Source of the DNA: Candidatus Cloacimonadales bacterium
GTDB taxonomy: Bacteria; Cloacimonadota; Cloacimonadia; Cloacimonadales; JAFGVF01
NCBI GenBank assembly: GCA_963677495.2
Contig: CAXXOU010000003.1
Location: forward strand, 288,001-352,000
Direction of reading: 5' to 3'
Length of the DNA: 64,000 nt
Numbering within the stretch: the first letter of the stretch is position 1; every line of letters begins with the position of its first letter. Below the pieces are notes generated by a model, which was given only the letters and a program-made list of their open reading frames with translations, was not told where the DNA came from and ran no database searches. This document shows positions 9,159-17,966 of the stretch, in pieces. Made by a program: the position numbers and the translations under genes.

Positions 9159-9241
9159 GAAGGTTTATTAGCTAACAGTTAAGAGCCTATAGTCTATAAT
9201 TAAAATTGAAATCCCTATTTTTGGGGGATATGGAGGAAACA

Positions 9242-9694
9242 ATGAAAGTTAATTTAGATTTGATTGGAAAAGCATTGATTGGAAGGATTGGGAAGCTTGT
9301 CTTTTATCGATTCAAGAAATCAAATGTGCTTATTGCACGAGCTTATAAGAAACCCCGTTTGACTCAGAACAACTTCGATTTGCGCACTAAAGCAAAAAAT
9401 CTCGGCGTATTCTATCACAATGTATCAGATGGTTACAAACGAGACTTACGAAACTATGCGACCAACCTGAACAATGAAACAATCGGTGATAGCTGTATCT
9501 ACAATATGTACAATGTGTTTATTAAGATGATGTATGGATTGAAACGAATTTATCCTGAAGTGGATTTGAAAACTATTACACCCGAGATTGTTATTGAAGA
9601 AGGCTATCCGGTTGATACGATCTCGCATGCTGTGGATGCGTGTACATTACCTGAAGTAAAGTTTTCAAATGAGTTTACTAATCCGATAATATGA
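9242..9694 (+). CDS. Hypothetical ~150-aa protein, paralog of 3415..3876
   Basis: GGAGG RBS before ATG 9242 (MKVN...); aligns end to end with 3415..3876; hairpin ctcctcc..ggaggag follows at ~9696-9724. Confidence 0.8.
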   Translation: MKVNLDLIGKALIGRIGKLVFYRFKKSNVLIARAYKKPRLTQNNFDLRTKAKNLGVFYHNVSDGYKRDLRNYATNLNNETIGDSCIYNMYNVFIKMMYGLKRIYPEVDLKTITPEIVIEEGYPVDTISHAVDACTLPEVKFSNEFTNPII

Positions 9695-9730
9695 ACTCCT
9701 CCCCTTCTTTCAAAGAGGAGGAGATTTGTG

Positions 9731-10318
9731 TTAGTCGTATTCTTTGATTATAAGTTCGTTTTCTTTATCCAAATTGGGTTTATAAGACAATCGCGAGTTT
9801 AGAATCAAAGTGGTTTCCAAGTATTGATTAAAGATGGGTGATTCGCTTTTGAATTGTTTCATTGCATACCTAATCCCATCTAGTACACTTCTGCAACTTG
9901 GATTAATGAAGCTTTGGGGTTGATTGTAGCTGTCATCATTTATCATTTTCTCAATTCTTTTGAGCTTGTCATGATAATATTTTGTTTGAACCGGATCACT
10001 GCGTTCGATAGCAGCTCTCCATTCATCATAACATCTCTTATAATCAGCTACAAGATTAATTAATCTGTTTGTGCTATTTCTAGGTTCAGACTCTTGAAAT
10101 CCTGTACCCGAAAACAGAATGTCTAAATCTTTGTTTGGTATTGACTTTTTGTTGGGGAAGTAATTTAGTACATAATACAAGCATGACGCATATATTGATT
10201 GATATGGATGAAAAAGTAACTCGATTATATACATGATACCCATTGTTATTTTGATGATGCTTACATGATCAGTTATGATCTTAACATATCCATCGTGTAT
10301 GCTAATTGTAATCAACAT
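9731..10318 (-). CDS. Hypothetical protein resembling the C-terminal domain of actinobacterial AAA/TPR transcriptional regulators
   Basis: GGAGG before ATG 10318; motifs GIMYIIELLFHP...L and RSVLDGIRYAMKQF...P.FNQYL.TTL......SYKP recognised by eye. Confidence 0.55.
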   Translation of the reverse strand: MLITISIHDGYVKIITDHVSIIKITMGIMYIIELLFHPYQSIYASCLYYVLNYFPNKKSIPNKDLDILFSGTGFQESEPRNSTNRLINLVADYKRCYDEWRAAIERSDPVQTKYYHDKLKRIEKMINDDSYNQPQSFINPSCRSVLDGIRYAMKQFKSESPIFNQYLETTLILNSRLSYKPNLDKENELIIKEYD

Positions 10319-11054
10319 AATATCCTCCAAGACGAATCAAAGGGTTTCTAGTCTTGGTAAACGGTATTGTTATCGTTTGCCCTTGATTACGATGTTAACC
10401 ATTCCCCACGGGATGGGGAGACCTTTTACGTAAAGATGTCCTAAGTAGTAGGACTAAGGTCAGAGCAAGAATTCATAGAACCTCCATTATTAGTGCAAGT
10501 CCATTTTTATTCACATTAGAATTATGTCAAGCATAGATATTAATAATATTATTTAAATGATAGATAGTTAATATTGTGTAACTATTGCAGGCAATAATTG
10601 TTGATAACACCAACTGAATTAGATTCAATATTAATACTTCTTAAATATACGTGAAACAAACGTATACTTTGTCAACAATTCCTATTGCATAATACTAACA
10701 ATGTTAACAGTATAATTGTGTAAAATTATTCAAATGAAACTAAATCTTAATTGATTATAAGCGGAGATTGCTTGCCTTGTGAAAATATTATATATGTTTG
10801 GAATTTCTTTTGCATATTAAATTTGCATAGGAATTCTAAAAGGAGGTAACTATGAGATTCCATAATAACTTCACTTAACTGCAAGAAATATAGTACTTTG
10901 TAGGGATTACAGACATGTTAACAGTAGAACTAAATAATAATTACATAAACTTGAAACATCGTAGTTTAATTATTACTTAATTTTATAAGTAATAGGCATT
11001 CTAAAAATAGATAGCAGATATGCTGTCACAAATTCATATTATTAGGGAATAATA

Positions 11055-13572
11055 ATGAAAAACATTAAGAGATTACTTGTACTCACTATGCTGCTCTCAC
11101 TAAGCGTTCTCTGCTTTGGTACTGATTATTATGTAGATGTAAACAATGGAAGTAACGGGAACTCCGGTTTAATTGGATATCCTGTTGCATCTATCAATTA
11201 TGCACTTGACAACTTGGTATCTAACGGAGATGTTATATATGTTGCCAACGGTGAATATACAGAGAATGTATCACTAAACAATACAAATGATATTTATAAC
11301 ATATCGATTATTGGTAATACTAATGACCCAAGTCAATGTGCTCTTGAACCAACTACGGGATATGGATTCTATATAGTTAACTCAGATCATGCCTTGAATG
11401 TAAAAATTGAAGGTTTCACTGTAAACACAGTATCATGCCCAATATATTATTCAGGTAGCTACTCAAACGCCACTTATGAATATCTAACAATTAAATCATG
11501 TAATTTCAGTTCATCTAATCGCATTCTTGCATCGTCCAATGGTAACTTCTTAGTATATTCAATGTACTATTGTGACTTTGATTATGATGGTACACAGCTT
11601 GATGCGCTGATGATTAGTGCTAATTCAGTAAATATTACCATAGACGACTGCGATATAGACTCTGAGTATGGTATTATGTATTGCCCTGAGCGAGCAGATG
11701 TACTGTCAGGATCAAGTGTAAAAATTACAAATAGCACATTTGCATGGCAGAGAAAAATCTCGGCATTTGAACTTCGTACAGATTCAAATTCTAAAAACAC
11801 TTGTGTTTACGGGTAACATTATTACCGAATCCAATCATACAGCTGCAAATGATTTGATGATATTTGAACTAGAGCATAACATTCATTCTACTAAGTTCTC
11901 AAACAATACATTTGATAAGAATAGCACACGCTCAGTTGACATTTTCAGAAAAGATGGGAATGCTACTGTAATATTATCAAGCTTCTATAATAACATACTG
12001 AATGAAATAGATGATATGGCTACATCAGGTGTTGTTGGATGGGGCACAATGTCAAACGGAAGAGATTGTATTCCAATTCATAACTGTATTAGCTCAAGCT
12101 TAGATACGGTTCTAGATGGCTATACAAGCCTTCCTGATTATGATACAGATGATTACAAGAACCTGATACAATCTCCATATTATGTAACTGGAAGTTACGC
12201 TCTCGATTGGACAACTGAGGGTCCTGAACTTATTGGAGCAGGTTACGACCCGGATATGGATAATACTAGTCAAAATGATATCAACCAGGCTCTAAGAGAC
12301 CAATTTGATGAAACAGCTGATATTGGTGCTGTTGCCTATGATGATGATAGGTTTGTAACTTATAGTTTCGCTGCCGTACCAACAATCAACTGGAAATCAT
12401 TCCCAATTCTTGATAAAACTACAGAGATGGCAATCAATGGAACTGACTATGCAATGAATGTTCCCGGAGCATTTTTCGATGAATTTACTGGATTGAACTC
12501 TGACATGGTTTGGGCTGAGTTTCAGGATGAAGGTACTTCAGGTTATACATCAGTATTTCATTATCCTAACACTCCATTGTTAACATATCATATTGATAAT
12601 GAGTATGGTAGTAAACTGAAATTTGACAACGTAGCATCAATGGATGCACATGGAATCACAATTGAAGAGGATCATGTGATTGATGTACCATTTGGTGATG
12701 AAGCAACTTGGGTTGGTTACTTCCTTGAAGATGATCAATTACCTACTGATGCCTTTGGTGAATATATGGATGAAGTGTATTATATTCAAGCTCATAACTG
12801 GACAATGGCTAGACAATTCCCTGTAAGGGGTTCTGCTTGGTCAAATGGAAGAGTTTCAGAAATCAAATATGGAGATATGGTCATTATCAAAAGATTTGAT
12901 GATGTTCAAGCGATTGATAGTTATGCATGGGATCCCGCTACATCTAAGTCAAATACTCCTGACACAGAAATACCTGAGCCTGTACATTTCCAATTTGTAG
13001 AGGAAGCAAACTACTACCCAATCTTTGTTGAAACAGGTGTCGATACTGAGCTTCAAGAGATAGCTGTTTATGTAAATGGAGAATGCCGTGGAGCAGGAGT
13101 TGTTTATAGCGAAGGTTCAACAATGGTTCCATTGTACTATGATAATAGTGAATCAATTGATGAAAACACTCAATTCAACCTTATCGGATGGGCAGGAGAT
13201 GCCAAGTCAAATGTAGAGATTGAACAGATGTTTGGTGAACAACATGGATATTCATTCTATTCAATGGTAGAAGAAGCTGATTCTCCTGAAGTATCAGGAA
13301 GATATACAATATCTAATTACCCTAATCCATTCAATCCAACAACAATCATTAGCTTCTCAATTCCTAAAGATGAGAATGTGGAGATATCCGTGTTTAACAT
13401 CAAGGGACAGAAAGTTAAGACAGTTGTAAACGATAACTATACAACCGGAAGTCATAAGGTAGTATGGGATGGTACAGATGAAAATAATAAGTCAGTAACA
13501 TCAGGCATCTACTTCTACAAACTAAAAACATCATCAAAAACATTGACTAACAAAATGATCTTGATGAAATAA
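11055..13572 (+). pseudogene. Secreted DUF1565-like/beta-helix protein with FlgD-Ig/T9SS-like CTD, split by a single frameshift (or a sequencing error)
   Basis: ORF 11055..11816 has the signal peptide and YYVDVNNGSNGNSG motif; ORF 11740..13572 has the CTD but no signal peptide; removing one A from the A5 run at 11793-11797 joins them (SNSKTLVFTGNII). Confidence 0.75.
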
Positions 13573-13583
13573 AGATAATATGG

Positions 13584-13628
13584 AGTGCATTGACTGTATC
13601 AATGCTGCAGTTGATGCACTCTTATTTA
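13584..13628 (+). terminator. Intrinsic terminator
   Basis: gagtgcattgactgta / tgcagttgatgcactc stem followed by ttattt. Confidence 0.6.
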
Positions 13629-13642
13629 TTTACAATGTGTTT

Positions 13643-13695
13643 GGAACGCAGGCTTCTTGCCTGCATTGAGTTGCGGACAGAGATGTCCTCGTTCC
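13643..13695. repeat. REP-like inverted doublet
   Basis: GGAAC-GCAGGC-ttctt-GCCTGC ... GCGGACA-gaga-TGTCC-tc-GTTCC. Confidence 0.6.
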
Positions 13696-13734
13696 CGGTA
13701 ATAACAACACTGTTATTGTACAAAAGGATATACT

Positions 13735-16125
13735 ATGAAACAGATATTATTTTTACTATGTTTACTACCACTTACCCTTATTGCTTCCATTATTAATATA
13801 CCGGCAGACTATATCACAATCCAAGAGGGTATTGATGTCGCAGTTGAAGGTGATTCTGTGCTTGTGCATCCCGGGACTTATCTGGAAAACTTAGATATGA
13901 GTAACAAATCAGGAATAACTCTTTGCTCTTTAGAAGCCACGACAGGAGATACTACTTACATTAGTACAACTATAATAGATGGAAGTTTGAATGAAACATC
14001 TACAATTCTCTGCTATGAGAATGTAGAAGAGTGCGTTATTAGAGGAATATCAATAACAGGGGGTAAGGGATATATCTATCATAGCAATGATGATACTAAT
14101 GATTGGCAAGTATTTGGTGGGGGAATCCTCATTTTCGAAAATTGTGAGATTAGTTTAATCAATTTAAAGATTTTTGATAATAGAGCATCCCAAGGTGGTG
14201 GTATATGTTTCGGTTATGAAGATGTTTTATGTACAATGTCTAATGTAAACATTTTTAACAATATTGGAAGATTCTTGGGAGGAGGGGTGTGCTTCTCAAG
14301 CTCAAACTCTGAGCATTCTGAAGTGACATTTGACCAGATTAACAGATGCAGTATATACAACAACTATAGCCCACAAGGAATGGATATTGGTTGGAGCTTT
14401 AATAGAGGATTTTCAATTGATATATACTTGGATATGTTTACCTGGTATGAGCCAAATAGATATTTTGTAAACAACTACGATTATTATTATCTCGAGATAG
14501 ATGATATATATCCTGTTTTTGATTTCCAGCAAAGCTATCTTACACCAACGGACACCGATTATTATGTTTCAATGACCGGAGATGATAACAATACAGGACT
14601 AACTCCTGATGATCCTTTTAGAACAACCTGGAAAGCGTTTCAACAACTAGAACCTTCACCCGATAATCCTCGTACTGTTCATCTGCTTGAGGGAGATTTT
14701 CATGAGATGATAAACGGGCATCCTGTATCTATTGTACTCAAAGATAATACAAGATTGCAGGGAGTTTCACCTGAGGAAACAAGAGTTCTGGCAGAGAATA
14801 TGGTTGATACTCCGGTATCTGGTGCAATCTCTATGGGAAACTATCAAGACAATATGATTGTAAAAGACCTAAGCATAACTGCAATCAACACCCCTGCAAT
14901 GGGTTCTTACACACTGTACAACTCAACTGTTGAGAATATTGAAGTATATGATTGCGATATAGAGTTTGGAGTATTCAAGTTTAATAGTCATACTACAGAC
15001 TTACTAATCAAAGATGTAATATTCCATGACAACACTGCAAGGTGGGGTATAATTCTATATACTTATATGAGAAGTATATCACTTGATAATGTTCTAATGT
15101 ATGATAATATTGCAGGTACAGATGTCAGTGATCAAACAACATCTGAATGCGGTATGTATGACTTATATGCAATTCAATCTATTACTATCAAAAACTCTAC
15201 ATTTATAAATAATTATCACTATACTGATGATGTTGGTTGGGCGACATTTAGACACTTAAGAATCAATAGCTCACCCACATTACTTATAGAGAATTCGTTA
15301 TATGCAAACAATATAACTGCGGGGAACGCAAAAACTTTTAAGGTATCTGATGATTTTAGTGAAGTAGTAATAGCAAATAATACTTTTGCAAACAATGAAG
15401 GAGTGTATACTTGTTTTATGTCTGTGAGAAGTCAATTAGACTGCTATAACAACATATTCGCTAACAACACAGGTTATTGGTATCAAATTGCTTCACAAGG
15501 TGGTTCTAATATTGATAACTGCCTATTCACTGAAACTGAGGATATCCAATCAGTATTGGAAGGAAATCCAAACAACTTTGGAAGCAACAACTTGATAGGT
15601 ACAGATCCATTATTTGTTGGTGGAGATCCAGCCTTCCCGGAATACTACTACCTATCGGGAGATGATACAAACTCGGGACCTTCACCTGCGATTGATGCCG
15701 GGACAACTGATTTAACTCTGTTCCCTACAAATTATTCATTCCCTGACAGAGACCTTGCTAACCAGAGAAGAATCTATGGAGATGATATCGATATAGGTTG
15801 TTATGAGTTCCCCGGATTTACACACGACACAGATGACACACCAAGCTATACATCCTATAGCTTATCGAACTACCCTAACCCATTTAATCCAACTACAACG
15901 ATAAACTATAGTATCCCCAGAAGAAGGAATATCGAGTTAGCAGTATTCAACGTGAAAGGTCAACGAATCAAGACTCTCATTAACGATGTAATGCCATCCG
16001 GTGAACATAGTGTTATCTGGGATGGTGATAATGATAATGGAGTTAAAGTAGCTTCAGGGATATATTTCTATAAACTACAGGCAGGGACTTATACAAAGAC
16101 CAAGAAGATGATATTGATGAAATAA
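13735..16125 (+). CDS. Secreted beta-helix (DUF1565-like) protein with FlgD-Ig/T9SS-like CTD
   Basis: Signal peptide; IPADYITIQEGI and YYVSMTGDDNNTG motifs; SPAIDAG...DIGCYE; CTD NYPNPFNP...KKMILMK. Confidence 0.88.
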   Translation: MKQILFLLCLLPLTLIASIINIPADYITIQEGIDVAVEGDSVLVHPGTYLENLDMSNKSGITLCSLEATTGDTTYISTTIIDGSLNETSTILCYENVEECVIRGISITGGKGYIYHSNDDTNDWQVFGGGILIFENCEISLINLKIFDNRASQGGGICFGYEDVLCTMSNVNIFNNIGRFLGGGVCFSSSNSEHSEVTFDQINRCSIYNNYSPQGMDIGWSFNRGFSIDIYLDMFTWYEPNRYFVNNYDYYYLEIDDIYPVFDFQQSYLTPTDTDYYVSMTGDDNNTGLTPDDPFRTTWKAFQQLEPSPDNPRTVHLLEGDFHEMINGHPVSIVLKDNTRLQGVSPEETRVLAENMVDTPVSGAISMGNYQDNMIVKDLSITAINTPAMGSYTLYNSTVENIEVYDCDIEFGVFKFNSHTTDLLIKDVIFHDNTARWGIILYTYMRSISLDNVLMYDNIAGTDVSDQTTSECGMYDLYAIQSITIKNSTFINNYHYTDDVGWATFRHLRINSSPTLLIENSLYANNITAGNAKTFKVSDDFSEVVIANNTFANNEGVYTCFMSVRSQLDCYNNIFANNTGYWYQIASQGGSNIDNCLFTETEDIQSVLEGNPNNFGSNNLIGTDPLFVGGDPAFPEYYYLSGDDTNSGPSPAIDAGTTDLTLFPTNYSFPDRDLANQRRIYGDDIDIGCYEFPGFTHDTDDTPSYTSYSLSNYPNPFNPTTTINYSIPRRRNIELAVFNVKGQRIKTLINDVMPSGEHSVIWDGDNDNGVKVASGIYFYKLQAGTYTKTKKMILMK

Positions 16126-16131
16126 AGAGTA

Positions 16132-16156
16132 ATAGGGGCAGTAATACTGCCCCTAT
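16132..16156 (+). terminator. Intrinsic terminator
   Basis: ataggggcagta / tactgcccctat stem. Confidence 0.65.
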
Positions 16157-16161
16157 ATCCA

Positions 16162-16277
16162 AACACCCCGTCGCTATGCGCCACCCCTCTTTAGAGGGGA
16201 ATGAACGCCCCAGAGAGTAGTTTTACGTAACTCAGCTGTCTTGGCTGAGAAACCAACGACCCGGAGTGACGTTTTAC
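16162..16277. repeat. REP-like palindrome cluster (A-B-B), related to 3916..4030
   Basis: aacaccccgtcg..cacccctct..agaggggaat; aacgccccagagagtagttttacgtaac; aacgacccggagtgacgttttac. Confidence 0.7.
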
Positions 16278-16287
16278 AGGAGGTATT

Positions 16288-17958
16288 ATGAAATTATATT
16301 TATTTTATTTTATGTTAATGGTTATACCATTCTCTGTTTTTGCAGATGGAGTACAACCATTAGGAGCAGGAACAGAAGAAGCTCCTTATCAAGTAGCAAC
16401 ACTCGATAATTTGCTTTGGGTTAGTACAAATGATAGTTCGTGGGACTCTTACTTTATCCAGACTGCTGATATTGATGCCAGCGATACCCAGAATTGGAAT
16501 GGTGGTACAGGATTCAGTCCTTTAGGAATAATCCAAACAGATCAGGATGGGAATGGTGTAGCTACAATCCCTTTTACCGGTAGTTATGACGGTAATGGAT
16601 TCGAGATAAGCTCTGTTTACATTGATAGGGCTTCAGATTATGAATGGAATTCTCGGGTTGGATTCTTTGGTTATACTTACTTAGCAGATATCAAGAACCT
16701 AAGTTTGGTTAATGTTGATGTTAGCGGATATTGGGCAGTAGGTTGTCTTATTGGTGAGAACTATTATACTGAAGTTGAGAATTGTACTGTTTCCGGAGAT
16801 GTTGCAGGTAGTTATTTCACAGGAGGAATGCTTGGTTACAGTTATTTCCTTTCAATTGATAATTGTACTAATGAAGCCATGGTAAATGGTGATACAAGTA
16901 CGGGTGGAATTACTGGTATATCTCAAGAAGGATTAATATCAAATTGTTATAATTATGGTGCGATACAAGGTGATACTAAAGTGGGAGGAATAGTCGGCAC
17001 ATGCTCAAGTTCATACCTAAGCGAATGCTCAAGTGATGCTGATATTGAAGGTGGGGATGATGTTGTTGGAGGTGTTATAGGGCAAGCATCAGAATGCTAT
17101 TTGTTACAATGTAGTAATTATGGTGAAGTATCTTCTTATAATCAAGACTGCGGAGGTGTAATAGCAGTAGCTCTATACTGTGAATTAGATAAATGCTCTA
17201 ATAGTGGTCTTGTAAGTAGCCAGGAACTTGTTGGTGGATTGATTGGAGCAATCCAGCACACTGTAATCAATAACTGTTATAACGTTGGAGAGGTGCAAGG
17301 AAACACTCTTGTAGGTGGTTTAATAGCAATAGCAGCTCAAGGTGAGGTTAATTTCTGTTATAATGCCGGTGTACTTGTATATAATTCGCAGGCCGGAGGA
17401 TTGGTAGCAGATGTTCAAAGTGCATTGTTTAGTATAAATAACTCATTCTGGGATAGTGAAGTATCATACCCTGATACAGGTTCTGAAGGTATGGGTATAT
17501 TTACTCATTGGCTTCAAAACGCTCAATATCTTCAAACTAATGGTTGGGATTTTGTGGGAGAGAGTATTAATGGTACTGATGACTTCTGGAGTATAGACAG
17601 TTCTCAGAACTCAGGATATCCAATATTATCTGCTGAACCTCCACTTCCTAACATTGAAGATGAACAGGAGCAAGTTAGACAGTTATCACAAATTAACGGC
17701 AATTACCCAAACCCATTTAATCCTGTTACTACGATAAAATTCAGTCAAGCCGAGAGCGGAGATGTAGATTTGACTATATACAATCTTAGAGGACAAAGAG
17801 TTAGGACACTCCTAAACAAAACGATGTCAAAAGGTGACCATTCAGTTGTTTGGAATGGAACAGACGATAGAGATCAATACGTAAGTTCCGGTGTATACCT
17901 AATAAAACTTAATACTAACCGTAACACTGATACAACAAAGTGTATCTTGATGAAGTAG
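16288..17958 (+). CDS. Secreted GLUG-repeat protein with FlgD-Ig/T9SS-like CTD
   Basis: Signal peptide; GTEEAPYQVATLDNL; repeated VGG(L/I)(I/V)G..N.G; CTD ending KCILMK. Confidence 0.88.
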   Translation: MKLYLFYFMLMVIPFSVFADGVQPLGAGTEEAPYQVATLDNLLWVSTNDSSWDSYFIQTADIDASDTQNWNGGTGFSPLGIIQTDQDGNGVATIPFTGSYDGNGFEISSVYIDRASDYEWNSRVGFFGYTYLADIKNLSLVNVDVSGYWAVGCLIGENYYTEVENCTVSGDVAGSYFTGGMLGYSYFLSIDNCTNEAMVNGDTSTGGITGISQEGLISNCYNYGAIQGDTKVGGIVGTCSSSYLSECSSDADIEGGDDVVGGVIGQASECYLLQCSNYGEVSSYNQDCGGVIAVALYCELDKCSNSGLVSSQELVGGLIGAIQHTVINNCYNVGEVQGNTLVGGLIAIAAQGEVNFCYNAGVLVYNSQAGGLVADVQSALFSINNSFWDSEVSYPDTGSEGMGIFTHWLQNAQYLQTNGWDFVGESINGTDDFWSIDSSQNSGYPILSAEPPLPNIEDEQEQVRQLSQINGNYPNPFNPVTTIKFSQAESGDVDLTIYNLRGQRVRTLLNKTMSKGDHSVVWNGTDDRDQYVSSGVYLIKLNTNRNTDTTKCILMK

Positions 17959-17966
17959 GAGGAGAA

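Noticed and set aside
10340..10400. c-di-GMP-I riboswitch (GGCAAAC on the minus strand)
   Set aside because: GNRA tetraloop stem and the downstream GCAAAG/P3 elements are not present
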